In this document: piece by piece, positions 54,397 through 64,000 of the stretch
How positions within the stretch are numbered: the stretch's first letter is position 1
Layout of the letters: each line of letters opens with the position of its first letter
Assembly: GCA_963829055.1 (NCBI GenBank)
Contig: CAWHHI010000003.1
Location: 192,001-256,000, forward strand
Source: an uncultured Gemmatimonadaceae bacterium
GTDB lineage: Bacteria > Gemmatimonadota > Gemmatimonadetes > Gemmatimonadales > Gemmatimonadaceae
Reading direction: 5' to 3'
DNA length: 64,000 nucleotides
The notes under the pieces: model-generated
What the model saw: the letters and a program-made list of their open reading frames with translations, nothing else
Told to the model about the DNA's origin: nothing
The model's database searches: none
Position numbers and translations under genes: made by a program

Positions 54397-54470
54397 TGTC
54401 ATTCCGAGCGGAGCGCCCGCGCAGCGGACGCGCAGTCGAGGCATCGCGATCATCCCGGTAGAGGGTCCCT
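54397..54470. repeat. Left half of a GTCATTCCGAG-type REP-like repeat
   Basis: TGTCATTCCGAGCGGAGCG...CGCAGTCGAGGCATCGCGATCATCCCGGTAGAGGG matches 32069-32130; right arm absent. Confidence 0.75.
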
Positions 54471-54535
54471 TCAACTGTACGGCCTAACGTGCTGATCGGT
54501 TGGTCGAGAAACTCGCTACCCACGGACTCGACAAT

Positions 54536-57500
54536 TCACTGAACGGTGGTATCCCGAGCAGCAACTGGCAAATCCCAGTCGATATTGGGCGCAATACCAG
54601 AATGCACGCGCAACCGGCCGACCAGGAATCGCGTGTCAACGCTGTTTCCCGCGAGCATCACATGAGCCCGTTGGTAGGCCCAGCTCGCCCCGCCCACCCA
54701 TAAGACCTTTCCGTCGATCGCGAAGCCGCAGCGACCGTCTGGTAGAATCTGAAGCACCAGATCGAACGGGGATCCCGAATCGAAGCCGGCGGGAGCTGTT
54801 ACCATTTGGCCGCCACTTGGTGTACTCAGCGCGATCATGGTCGCAGGAGGTGTTTGACGCTGCCCGCGTGGGTATCCAAACTCGCAGTGCGGCACTGTCA
54901 CACCAGGCACCGCATCACCGTGGACGTGATCCCAGGCGTTCCATGCGACCGAATCGGTCACGGCGGCGAAACTGAGCGAGTGGATTTGCCATTCGGCGGC
55001 GGTGACGGGTGAGGACACCTTCATCTCGACCCACAAGCCGCGTCCCGTCGGAAATCCGGCGATAGTATACGCTCCGCTGTAGAACGCCTCATCGCCGTGG
55101 CTCCAGAACGCTCGGCCCATGGTTTCGTCGCTGACGATTTCCGGCCTCGGTGCACCGTACGTTCGCCATGCCGACAGCAGGCTGTCGCTCCACTGCTCAT
55201 CGAACAGAATGCTGGATCGGGCTTCGCCAATCGAGAGCGATCGCGTAGCTCGACGCCAGCCGCCAGCGGAGGCTTCGATGATCACGTTGCCGACGCGGCG
55301 TGGCGTTAGGCGCCCGGTCGAATCGACCGTCGCCATCGTCGTATCCAGGGATCGCCACCGCACTACGCCCGGGTCGACACTCCTCCCTGCGGTGTCGAAG
55401 CCTGCCGCACGCAGTTGATACGATGCTCCGAGCATTGGTGGCCCAAGTCCACCCAGGATCTCGTACGCGCGAGAGAAATGGCGCGCGTGGAGAGTTTGGC
55501 GCCCAGCCGAAGCTTACCTCCTTGCCCGTGGTGTCGGCGACTCGCAGTAACTTGAACTCGTTAGGCCGCCCAAACGGTGACAGGAACCATGACGGTGATG
55601 GATACCCGCGACGATCGCAGAGGCACAGCATCCACCGAGCGTCAGGCGAGATACTCGGCCGGCCAACCCCATTCGTGGCAATGACCTCGATCGTTCCGGA
55701 GTCGATGTCGATAGCTGCCAGGCGACGTTGTTGGGCGACATATGTGAGTACGTGGTGCGAGTCGATCCAACCGCGCAGATCCAGTTCCGCCGCTGCCAAG
55801 TCAGCGAGGCACCGAAGGTTCGAGCCGTCCGAGTCGATGACGCACAGGCTTCGGTCGCTGCCCATCGGCGGCTGTCGAAGGAACGCGATTCGTGATCCTT
55901 CCGGACTCCATCGTGGTGCCCAGTCGATGTCGTCACCCGACGTCAACTGTCGTACCTGACGCGTGGCGGTATCGGAGACGGCAATGTCATAACGCGCCCG
56001 GCGAGCCCAGCGCATGGTCGTGAAGGCAAATGCGCTGTTGTCGGGAGCCCATGTTGGATGCATGTCATCGCCGCGCGTGTACGTGAGGCGTCGCTCGTGG
56101 CCGCCGAGGTCGAACTCGACGATGTCGAGCACGCCACTATCAGGTACCATGCGACTCAGCGTCCATCCGCGTCCGTCCGGGCGAGCCACATCCTCGAACA
56201 ACAAACCGCCGGTCGACGGGATTCTCCAACGGGGGCGCCTCGAGAGGCTCACATCGAGCAAGCCAATGCCCGCCCAGTGCGACCCATCGACCGGCACGTC
56301 GTACAACTCGAATGTTGATCTGCTAGCGGACAATCGCTCAGCCACGAGCACCGCATCCGGCTTAACAGTCGGCCGAGCGCGTACCCACGCGGCCGCGCCC
56401 GCGATGCTGGATATCGCGACGATCGAGAGCGGCGGCGGCTATGGTCCTCGGTCGAGCGAGCGTGTGTCGAGTCCGAATCATCCATGGCAGCGACCTAACG
56501 AGCAACGCGACGAGACTGTCCGTCGCCGCAGGGCCGAGCAGGTCGCGCGCGAGCTCGTCGGGTTGATGTCCGCTTGCGACGGCGTCGATCGGACGAGTAT
56601 CTCGTACACTCGAGTCAACGTAGGAGATGTCGTCCGCACGCACGAGCAGTGGCGCCGCCACGCGCATTTCTCGCGCATTCGTATTCGGGTCGTCGGCGAT
56701 CGCTCGTCCGACGGCGCGCGGCCGCAGCGCGGGATTCGCTCTTCTGAAGCCCCCTCGAGGACCGCCGCCGCATGCTCGTCGTGTACGGTGGTCCAGCCGG
56801 CGTCGTGCCGCACGACCAACCCCCGTTGCTCCAGCCTCGCAAGCGGGCCATCGATCTCGCTGGTCGTGTGCGATGCCGCCGCGGCGAGTCGTGACTTCGA
56901 GAGCGATACACCTCCTGTAGCCAGCACGAGGAGTAGCAGTCGCTCGTTCGCGTCGAGACTCTCAACCCGACGACGCACAGCACTCCCTTCCGTCAACGCC
57001 GCGAATAGAGCTTCTGGGTCGGCGGACTGCCAGAAGCGCTCGGACTCGCTACCAGCATCAGACGAATGCGTCTGCGCGAGCAGCCCTCGTTCTTCCATCA
57101 GTTGCAGCGTTTCAAGTACGAGAAGCGGCGATCCTCCTGCAGCAGCGCCTAGCGCCGCCGGCAATCGATCGGCCCATGGCTCCTCTGGGAGGAGGGCGAT
57201 ACTCGAAATGAGCGATGCGACGTCGTCGTCGGCGAGCGGCTGAAGCGGGAAGACGCGCCGCCTGAGCCGGCGCGGGTGAATCGGCCGGTGTCGAACGCGC
57301 TGCGGACACGACGAGCAAGCGGTTCCGTTCAACGCCGGCCAAGGCTGCCTTGAGCAGTCGGATCGATGCCGGATCGCTCCAGTGAAGGTCGTCCAGCAGC
57401 ACGGCGACCGTCTGTTCCTCGGTAAGCGTCGTGATCAGCTCGCGGACTGCTAGCGCTCGCCGCCGAAGCGCTTCGTCGGCGACCGCAATGTCCGGCGCCG

Positions 57501-58618
57501 CACTGAAGATTGAGGACAGGCTGGGATTGAGCGCCACGAGGCTACTCGCCGACTGCGGCGAGACTCCGATCGAACCCGGACATTCCGCGAGCGCCGCGGC
57601 GAGATGGCCAGCGAAGGCATACGCGATGTCGCGAGTTCCCTGATCCGCGCGGGCGTGGACGACGCATCCCTTCCCGGCACGAAGACGCGTTCTCAGGTCG
57701 GCGAGCAAGCGAGTTTTGCCGAGACCTGCGGGCGCTACTATATGAAGGAAGCTCGCTCGACCGCCGCGCGCGTTGTCCCAGGCTTGGCGGAGCATGCGCG
57801 AACTCCGCTCTCGACCGACGAGATCGACCACTATCCGACGTGAGGCTTCCCGATCGGGGCTGATCCTGCTTCCCAGCGCTGCGAGCGACTCGCAGGGCGT
57901 CACGCGTCGCTGCCTCGGGTTCGATCTCCTCGGTGTCGAGCAATCGCTCGAGCGAATCGGCTTCCACCGACGCGCCCACGTGGTCGCCACTCGCAGCGAG
58001 GCAGTCGAGGAGCAGGCGCCAACCCGCTTGGTTGAGCGGGTCAAGGTCGCGCACACGTCTGGCGAGTGTCTGTGCGTCTCGATAGCGCCCGACTCTGACC
58101 CTCTCGCGGGCGACCGCGTCGGCGGCGTGGACGAAGATGCCCCGAAGTCGACGTCGTTCGTCTTCCGCCCATGCCTCGAACTCGTCGGCCCCGAGCGCCG
58201 CGAAATCCACGAGGAAATCGCCGGTGTAACGTCGAACGACTTCCTCGAAGTCGCCTGCATGCCACGCGGCCATGAGGAGATCACGATCACTCTCGATGCG
58301 GGCGTCGAGCGTTAGGTGGTCGTTGACGGCAACGAGTGTCTCGTCGCCAACCCTGCGCTTGATGAACCAGAGCATTTGCCGGACGGCGCGACGTGCTCCT
58401 GGAGGATCGAGATTGGTCCAGAGGAGGTTAATGAGGTGGTCGCGGCTTCCGGTGCGGTTCGGCGAGGCAGCGAGGTGCGCGATAAGGGCAAGCGGTTTGC
58501 CGGCCTCGAGGAGGAGCTCAGCGTCGCGTGATGAATGGACGCGGCGCAGCGTCGCGCTGCCGAGAGTCGTTAGAGCCAGGCGCGCGTCGGCGTCTTGCGA
58601 GCCTTGACTGTCCGTCAT
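54536..58618 (-). CDS. SARP/BTAD + AAA NTPase + TolB-like propeller + Ig-like domain protein (several indels; may be more than one gene)
   Basis: KPLALIAHLA...RDHLINLLW, FEAWAEDERRRL, DPLNQ; LVGRE, APAGLGKT, LLDDLHWSD, GGSPL; PTWAPD, PRWSPEG; WRSLDTTMATVDSTG. Confidence 0.75.
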
Positions 58619-58841
58619 TAGGGCCGTCTAACGGGCAAAAGACGCTTGGGGAGTAGCCTCTCGCACGCAGGCACAAAGTGCGCTGCCCGGGCAGCATCGC
58701 CTTCGGTGGGCGACGTGCGCGAATGTAAGCCCACTGAGCGGTTCGCTCAAGATTGGGTGAGAGTGCGAGCGCACGGGAAACTTCCCTATGATCGGCCAAC
58801 CAAGAGTGGCGGCTCGGAAGGTGTAAGATCCCCCGTCAACA

Positions 58842-60410
58842 ATGAGGCGAACAGTGTCGAACCGCGTATCGAAATCCGCAGCAGTTGCCCTCGTGACCAT
58901 GGCGACGGGTGGATGCGCCGACCAACCGACGGAAGGTCTCGCGCGCACCCACCATTATCGCTCATGCATTCCGGGCGCTCAGGCTTGTGCCTCAACACCT
59001 TCGCAGGCCTGGTTAGCTGGTGGCGGCGACGGGAACGCGAACGATGTCGTGGGTGAGCAACCACGGCGCCTTGGAAACGGCGCGACCTTCGTACGAGGAC
59101 TGGTGGGACAAGGGTTCAGCTTCGACGGCATTGACGACCACGACTCCGTCCCCGATAGCCCGACTCTGACGCCTCCGTCGAATTCAATGACGCTCGACGC
59201 TTGGATCAATCCGAACACCGTGAGCGGACCGCGCATTATCGTGACGAAATACAGTCCCGGGCTCGATGTGAGCTGGGATCTTGATGGTGCTCGCTGGCGG
59301 GCGCATCCGATTCGACGTGTACCAGAGCCGGCAGCCGCTGATCATCGGTCGCGGTTTCGACACGGTCAACCCGGTCGTGACGCACTGGGAGTGTGGCAGC
59401 ACGTCGCAGCGACATTCGACGTTACGACCCAAGACGTGGGCATATACGTCAACGGAGTCGAGGTTCCTACGACTCCGCAGGCCTAGGACAATCCCAGAGC
59501 TCGATTACTTCGATCCGTGACAGCAATAGTCCGGTGCGCATAGGGACGTATCGCACCGGCAACGCCATTCTTGCCGATTTTTGGAGTGGCGTGATCGATG
59601 AGGTTGACGTTTTCAACCGCGCCCTAACGAGTGCTGAGATCCAGGCAATTTTTAGTGCGGGGAGCGCGGGCAAGTGTGTCGGTGGGTCCAATCAGTCGCC
59701 GGTCGCCAATCCCGGCGGTCCGTACGCCGGTGCGGAAGGAAGTGCCATTAGCTTCAATGGCACGGCGTCGATTGATCTCGACGGCGATGCGCTGACCTAC
59801 GCGTGGGACTTCGAGAGTGACGGTGTTGTGGACGCGATGACCGCGACAGCTAGTCAAATTTACAGGGATAACGGCTCCTACACCGCGAAGCTCACCGTCG
59901 ACGACGGCAACGGCGGAACCAACTCGCAGACGGTCGCCGTGACCGTGACGAACGTCGCGCCGTCGCTCGAACCGTTGAGCGTTCCCTATACGCCGATCGC
60001 CCTCCAGACCAGCGGAACGCCCGTGATGATCAGCGCAGCATTCACCGACCGTGGCACGCTCGACACGCAGACGGGTGTACTTTCATGCGACGGAGGAACG
60101 GCAGGCCTGGTGACCGCCATCGCGACCGGCGGCTCGGGCACCGCGAACGGGACATGCACGTTCACAGCGTCCGGCGTCTACACGGTCTCAATGACGTGAC
60201 CGACGACGACGGCGACTCGGATAGCAAGGCGGCCATCGGCCGACATCGTCGTCTACGATCCAGCCGGGCGGGTTCGTGACCGGCGGTGGATGGATCGACT
60301 CGCCGCCAGGCGCGTACCCCCAGAACGCCAGCCTAACTGGCAAGGCGACCTTTGGGTTCGTGTCGAAGTATCAGAAGGGAGCGACGACTCCGCGGGCAAC
60401 ACCGAATTCC
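58842..60410 (+). pseudogene. LamG (ConA-like) + PKD domain secreted protein, with indels and truncated at the 3' end
   Basis: FSFDGIDD, TLDAWINP, WQHVAATFD, IDEVDVFNRALTSAEI; PVANPGGPY, YAWDF, YTAKLTVDD; TGGGWIDSP domain cut off near 60410. Confidence 0.7.
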
Positions 60411-61833
60411 GTTCGGCGACGCGGTCGAGCATCGGCGTGTACTTCGCCGGCGTGTCGAATCGCGTGAGCGGGAACGTCACCTGGAAGAACTGCAGGCCAT
60501 CCGCGCGGTAGCCGAGATCCTGCCCCTCGAGACGCGCGAGGCTGCGGCCTAACAGTCCGGCGCCGGCGAGCATGACCAACGCGAGCGCGACCTGCGACGC
60601 GACGAGCCACGCGCGGGCGCGGCGGCGCGCGCGCGATCCGCTTCCCGAGCGTGCATCGAGACGCAGCGGCGAGGCCGGAGCGCCGCGCGCGCCGGCGAGC
60701 GCGGGGAGCACGCCACAGAGGAGCACCGTGAGGAGTGTGACCCCGGCGCTCAGGGCGACCGGGGTACCGGCGGCGACGACCACGTCGCCGCGCGGCAGCA
60801 TGCCTAACGCGCGGGCGCTCATGACGCGCAGTAGCGCAGCCGCGACGCCGGCGCCCACCACCCCGCCTGCGAGGCCGAGCATGGCGCTCTCGACGACGAG
60901 TTGCCGCACGATATCACCTGTGCTCGCGCCGATGGCGCGCCGGACGGCGATCTCACGGGCCCGCCCCGAGGCGCGCAGCAGGAGGAGGCTGCCCACGTTG
61001 ACGCAGGCGATGAGGAGCAGCAGCGCGACCGCCGCGGTGAGCACGAGCAGCGCGGGGCGCACACGGCCGACGATGGCCTCGGCGATTCCGCGCACGTCCG
61101 CGCCGGAGAGCGCGAGCTCCGGGTGCAGGCGCCGCATGATCGCGAGAAGCTCGGTCCCGGCGGCCGACGGCGTCGCACCGGGCGCGAGGCGCGCGACCAG
61201 ATCGACGGGGCCCTGCCCGGTGGTGGCGTACGGCGCCCAGTAGGCGGTGCCTAACGGATAGTCGAGGCCCGGCGGCGCGACGCCGACCACGGTCACGTCG
61301 AGGGCGAAGCTGGACAGGTGCAGCCGCCGACCGAGAACAGCGGGATCCCCGCCGAAGTCTCGGCGCCAGGTTGCGTAGCTGAGCACGATCACCGGTGACG
61401 CGCCCGCCACGTCGTCCTCCGGACGCAGGAGACGCCCCAGCACCGGGCGGGTGCCGAGCACGTCGAAGAAGTTCCCGGTGACGCGCGACTGCGGGAGGAC
61501 GAGCGGCCGGTCGCCGTCCGTGACCGCGTAGGGGACCGCGCCCCAGTGCACGAACCCCGCGATGGCGCGCATGGTCCGGCTGTCGTGGCGCAGGCGCTCG
61601 AGGTCGTCGGGCATGAGCGAGATCTCGGTCCCCTCGCGCGTCGGCCAGAGGGCCACGACGCGTTCCGGCGCCACCACGGGCAGCGGTCGCCGCAGTACGG
61701 CGTCGGACACCGCGGCCATGGTCGAGGCCATGCCGATTCCCAACGCCAGGATGGCCAGCACGGTCGCAGTGAACGCCGGCGTGCGGCGGAAGCCGCGCAG
61801 CGCGATGCGGACGTCGTGCGCGAGTCGGTCCAT
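60405..61833 (-). pseudogene. ADOP/MacB-FtsX-type ABC permease, truncated at the 3' end
   Basis: MDRLAHDVRIALRGFRRTPAF, LLLLIACVNV, REIAVRRAIGA, LVASQVALAL; homology stops at about 475 aa, shortly into the second repeat. Confidence 0.78.
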
Positions 61834-62021
61834 GAGCTCTCTCGAGTTCTCTCGGGAACGAACGGGTTCTGCACACCAGATGATGTGCGGCCGGCAGCGT
61901 GCGAGACAGGGGGATCCGCGGTCGACGCGATAAACGGGCAGGATGAGAGACCGCCTCGAGAAGCGAGTGCTCCCCGAGGCGGATTCACACCGGCGGTGGT
62001 GCCTAACGTTGACGTCGAGGG

Positions 62022-62847
62022 CTACTGATCGCTCAGCGCAAACGACCGAAGCGGCGTGCCACCCGCCGGCGCATCCGCGATGACGATCGTCCGACCATTC
62101 CCGGCCGCGACCGCGACGCCGCTCAGCGTCGAGTTCACCGCCGCCGCGCGCGCCGCCGGCGCCGTACCCGCCGGCACCGTGCGGATCGGATACGTCCCCG
62201 GCGCCAGCGATGCACCAGCGAACGACGGCGCGATTCGCGAGACCCGTCGCGACAGGCGTCGCCGCCGCGAGATCCGCATTCGCCGCCGTGATGAACACAT
62301 CCACCGCACCAGCCGCTGGACTCATGTTCGTCACGCGAATGCGCGCCTGCCCGGCCGCGGGCGGCGTGTTCGCATCGGCCGTGCTGAACGCCGTCACCGC
62401 CGATCCACCGGTACCACCCGTCGCGTACACCGTGTAGTCGTTGTTCGCCGCGATGTTCACGCTCAACGTCGCCACCGTCACCGTCGTGTCGGCGGTCTTC
62501 TTGAGCACGATCGTCCGGTCCCCCGCCAGCACGGCTGAGTAGAACGCCGTCGAAGGCGCCGGCAGACTCGCCGGCGTCGACGCCGCGTAGACCAGGTTCA
62601 CACCGAACGGCAAGCCTTCCAGAAGCGCGTTCACCGGATTGCGCGAGGGATCCGTGACGAGGTTCACGAACCGCACCCGCCCCACGGGCCCCGACGGCTG
62701 CAGCGGATCCGCCGCGTCCTTCGTCCCGCACGCCGCGGCGGCCATCGCCACCGCCGCCAGTGCGGGCATCCACGTTAGGCGTCGTCCGACGAGCGGACGC
62801 GCACCCCGAACATCGCGAGCACTGGTCGATACGATCGATGCGATCAT
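62022..62847 (-). CDS. DUF4397-domain lipoprotein (indel near 62225)
   Basis: AAAC lipobox; RVRFVNL, YTVYATG, RIRVTNMSPAAGAVDVF; downstream of SusD. Confidence 0.78.
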
Positions 62848-62858
62848 GAAGGCGGGCC

Positions 62859-64000
62859 TCACAGCGGGGCAGCTCGCGGGGAACGCCGACGGCTCCGTGG
62901 GATCCGGAAGCGCGCTGAACGTCGCGTTGGGATTGGCGTTGCGGTCACCGACCGCGTACGGCAGCCAGCAGCGCTGGCCGTCGGTGGGAATGCCGGGCGA
63001 CGCGACGGGACCGACGATGGCGTTACGACGCCGCGCGTCCTCCCACCGCAACCCGGTGCCGAACAGCTCGTACTTCCGCTGCACGTAGATCTCCGTCGAG
63101 CAGCTGGTCCTTCGTCAGCTGCCCGGACGAGCGCGCGGCAGACACGCCTTCGGATCGTCGATGCCGCGACCGCCCGTGCAGTCGGTGCGCACCGAGTCGA
63201 GCACGGCCTGCGACGCCGCGAGCTGATTCTGATTCGCCAGCGCCTCGGCCTTGATCAGCAGCGCCTCGTCCGGGAAGTACACCGGCAGCGGCGCCTGCGG
63301 ATTCGCGTAGCGATTCCACGGATCGAGCGGCGCGCCGATGCGGCCGACGAGCGTCGTCGACGGCGTCACGAAGTACGTGAAGCGCTGATCCTGCGGCAGC
63401 CATCGACGTCCGCCACTGACGCCGCGGCGCGATGCCGTTCGTGCCGCCGGTGACGTTCGCGTAGAAGTTGACCGCCGGCGACGGGAACGTCAGCACCGAC
63501 AGCGCCGCCGGCCCGGTGCGCGCCGACGAGGTTCGCCGCCGCGAGCGCCGTCGCATCATCGTTCGCCATGCGCGCGTACCGCGCGCGGAAGAGCTGAATC
63601 ATGTTCGTCAGATTCACGCCCGGCGTCAGAATGTTGCTGTTGAAGAACGCACTCGGCGGCGTCGTCGGCGATCGTCCGCCGCCGCCGAGTCGAGCAGCGC
63701 ACGCACGTACGGCAGCGCCTCGGCGCGCGGCACGTAGGTCGGCGCCGTGACGCCGATACGTCTTGATCGGGATCTTCTGATACGACTGCAGCGCTTCGCC
63801 TAACGCCTCGGCCTTGAGCGCGATAGGCCAGCGCCCGCAGTCCGCTGCGCGTGCCCGGCTCGAACTGGTCGGCGAGCGCGTCCGACCCGGCGAGCAGGTC
63901 GTCGGCCGTGCGCACGGTCCGATACACCGAGTTGAACACGTTGTCGGCGATCGCCGGTGCCCGACGGCACCGCGCCCTGCTCGGCGTCGCTGATCGAGAT
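62859..64000 (-). CDS. SusD/RagB-family lipoprotein, 3' part (starts beyond the right edge; indels)
   Basis: EALLIKAEALA, LDSVR, QRKYELFGTGLRWEDARR. Confidence 0.82.

Noticed and set aside
60253..63084. 943-aa ORF suggesting a SusD-DUF4397-ABC permease fusion
   Set aside because: Indels near 62860 and 62225 bypass the true stops (62859, 62022); each part has its own start and signal.
62859..64000. SusC start at the left edge and SusD end at the right edge suggesting a circular element
   Set aside because: About 2 kb of SusC and the SusD start would be missing, no replication or mobility genes are present, and susCD pairs are multicopy here.

Overview
High-GC (about 70%) bacterial chromosomal DNA. 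Gene content (SusC/SusD pairs, ADOP-type ABC permease, 'ELGGGGMSRV' Ser/Thr kinase, SARP/BTAD proteins) suggests Gemmatimonadota; this is an inference. Many genes are split by single-base indels that look like long-read consensus errors, so I joined ORF fragments by eye and some coordinates are approximate. Recognisable content: parts of three SusC/SusD TonB loci, an ECF sigma/anti-sigma/Spy-like module lying between a LytS kinase and its LytTR regulator, a xylose locus (xylA, xylB, sugar ABC transporter, galM), a peptidoglycan-recycling-like locus (namZ, TonB receptor, serine hydrolase, ROK kinase, Na+/solute symporter, murQ, GGT, lactonase), an amidohydrolase/ArgE/APC permease group, and a SARP-NTPase-propeller gene next to a truncated LamG/PKD gene. 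I saw no rRNA, tRNA, CRISPR array, transposase or integrase. Most notable: (1) an unannotated two-gene pair at 51558-54301 with PmoC-like DxxWH-x12-H motifs and a partner with PmoB-like topology and a predicted N-terminal His; (2) the non-palindromic octamer GCCTAACG, seen about 50 times on both strands including inside genes; (3) four co-oriented copies of a modular 330-410 bp palindromic intergenic element.
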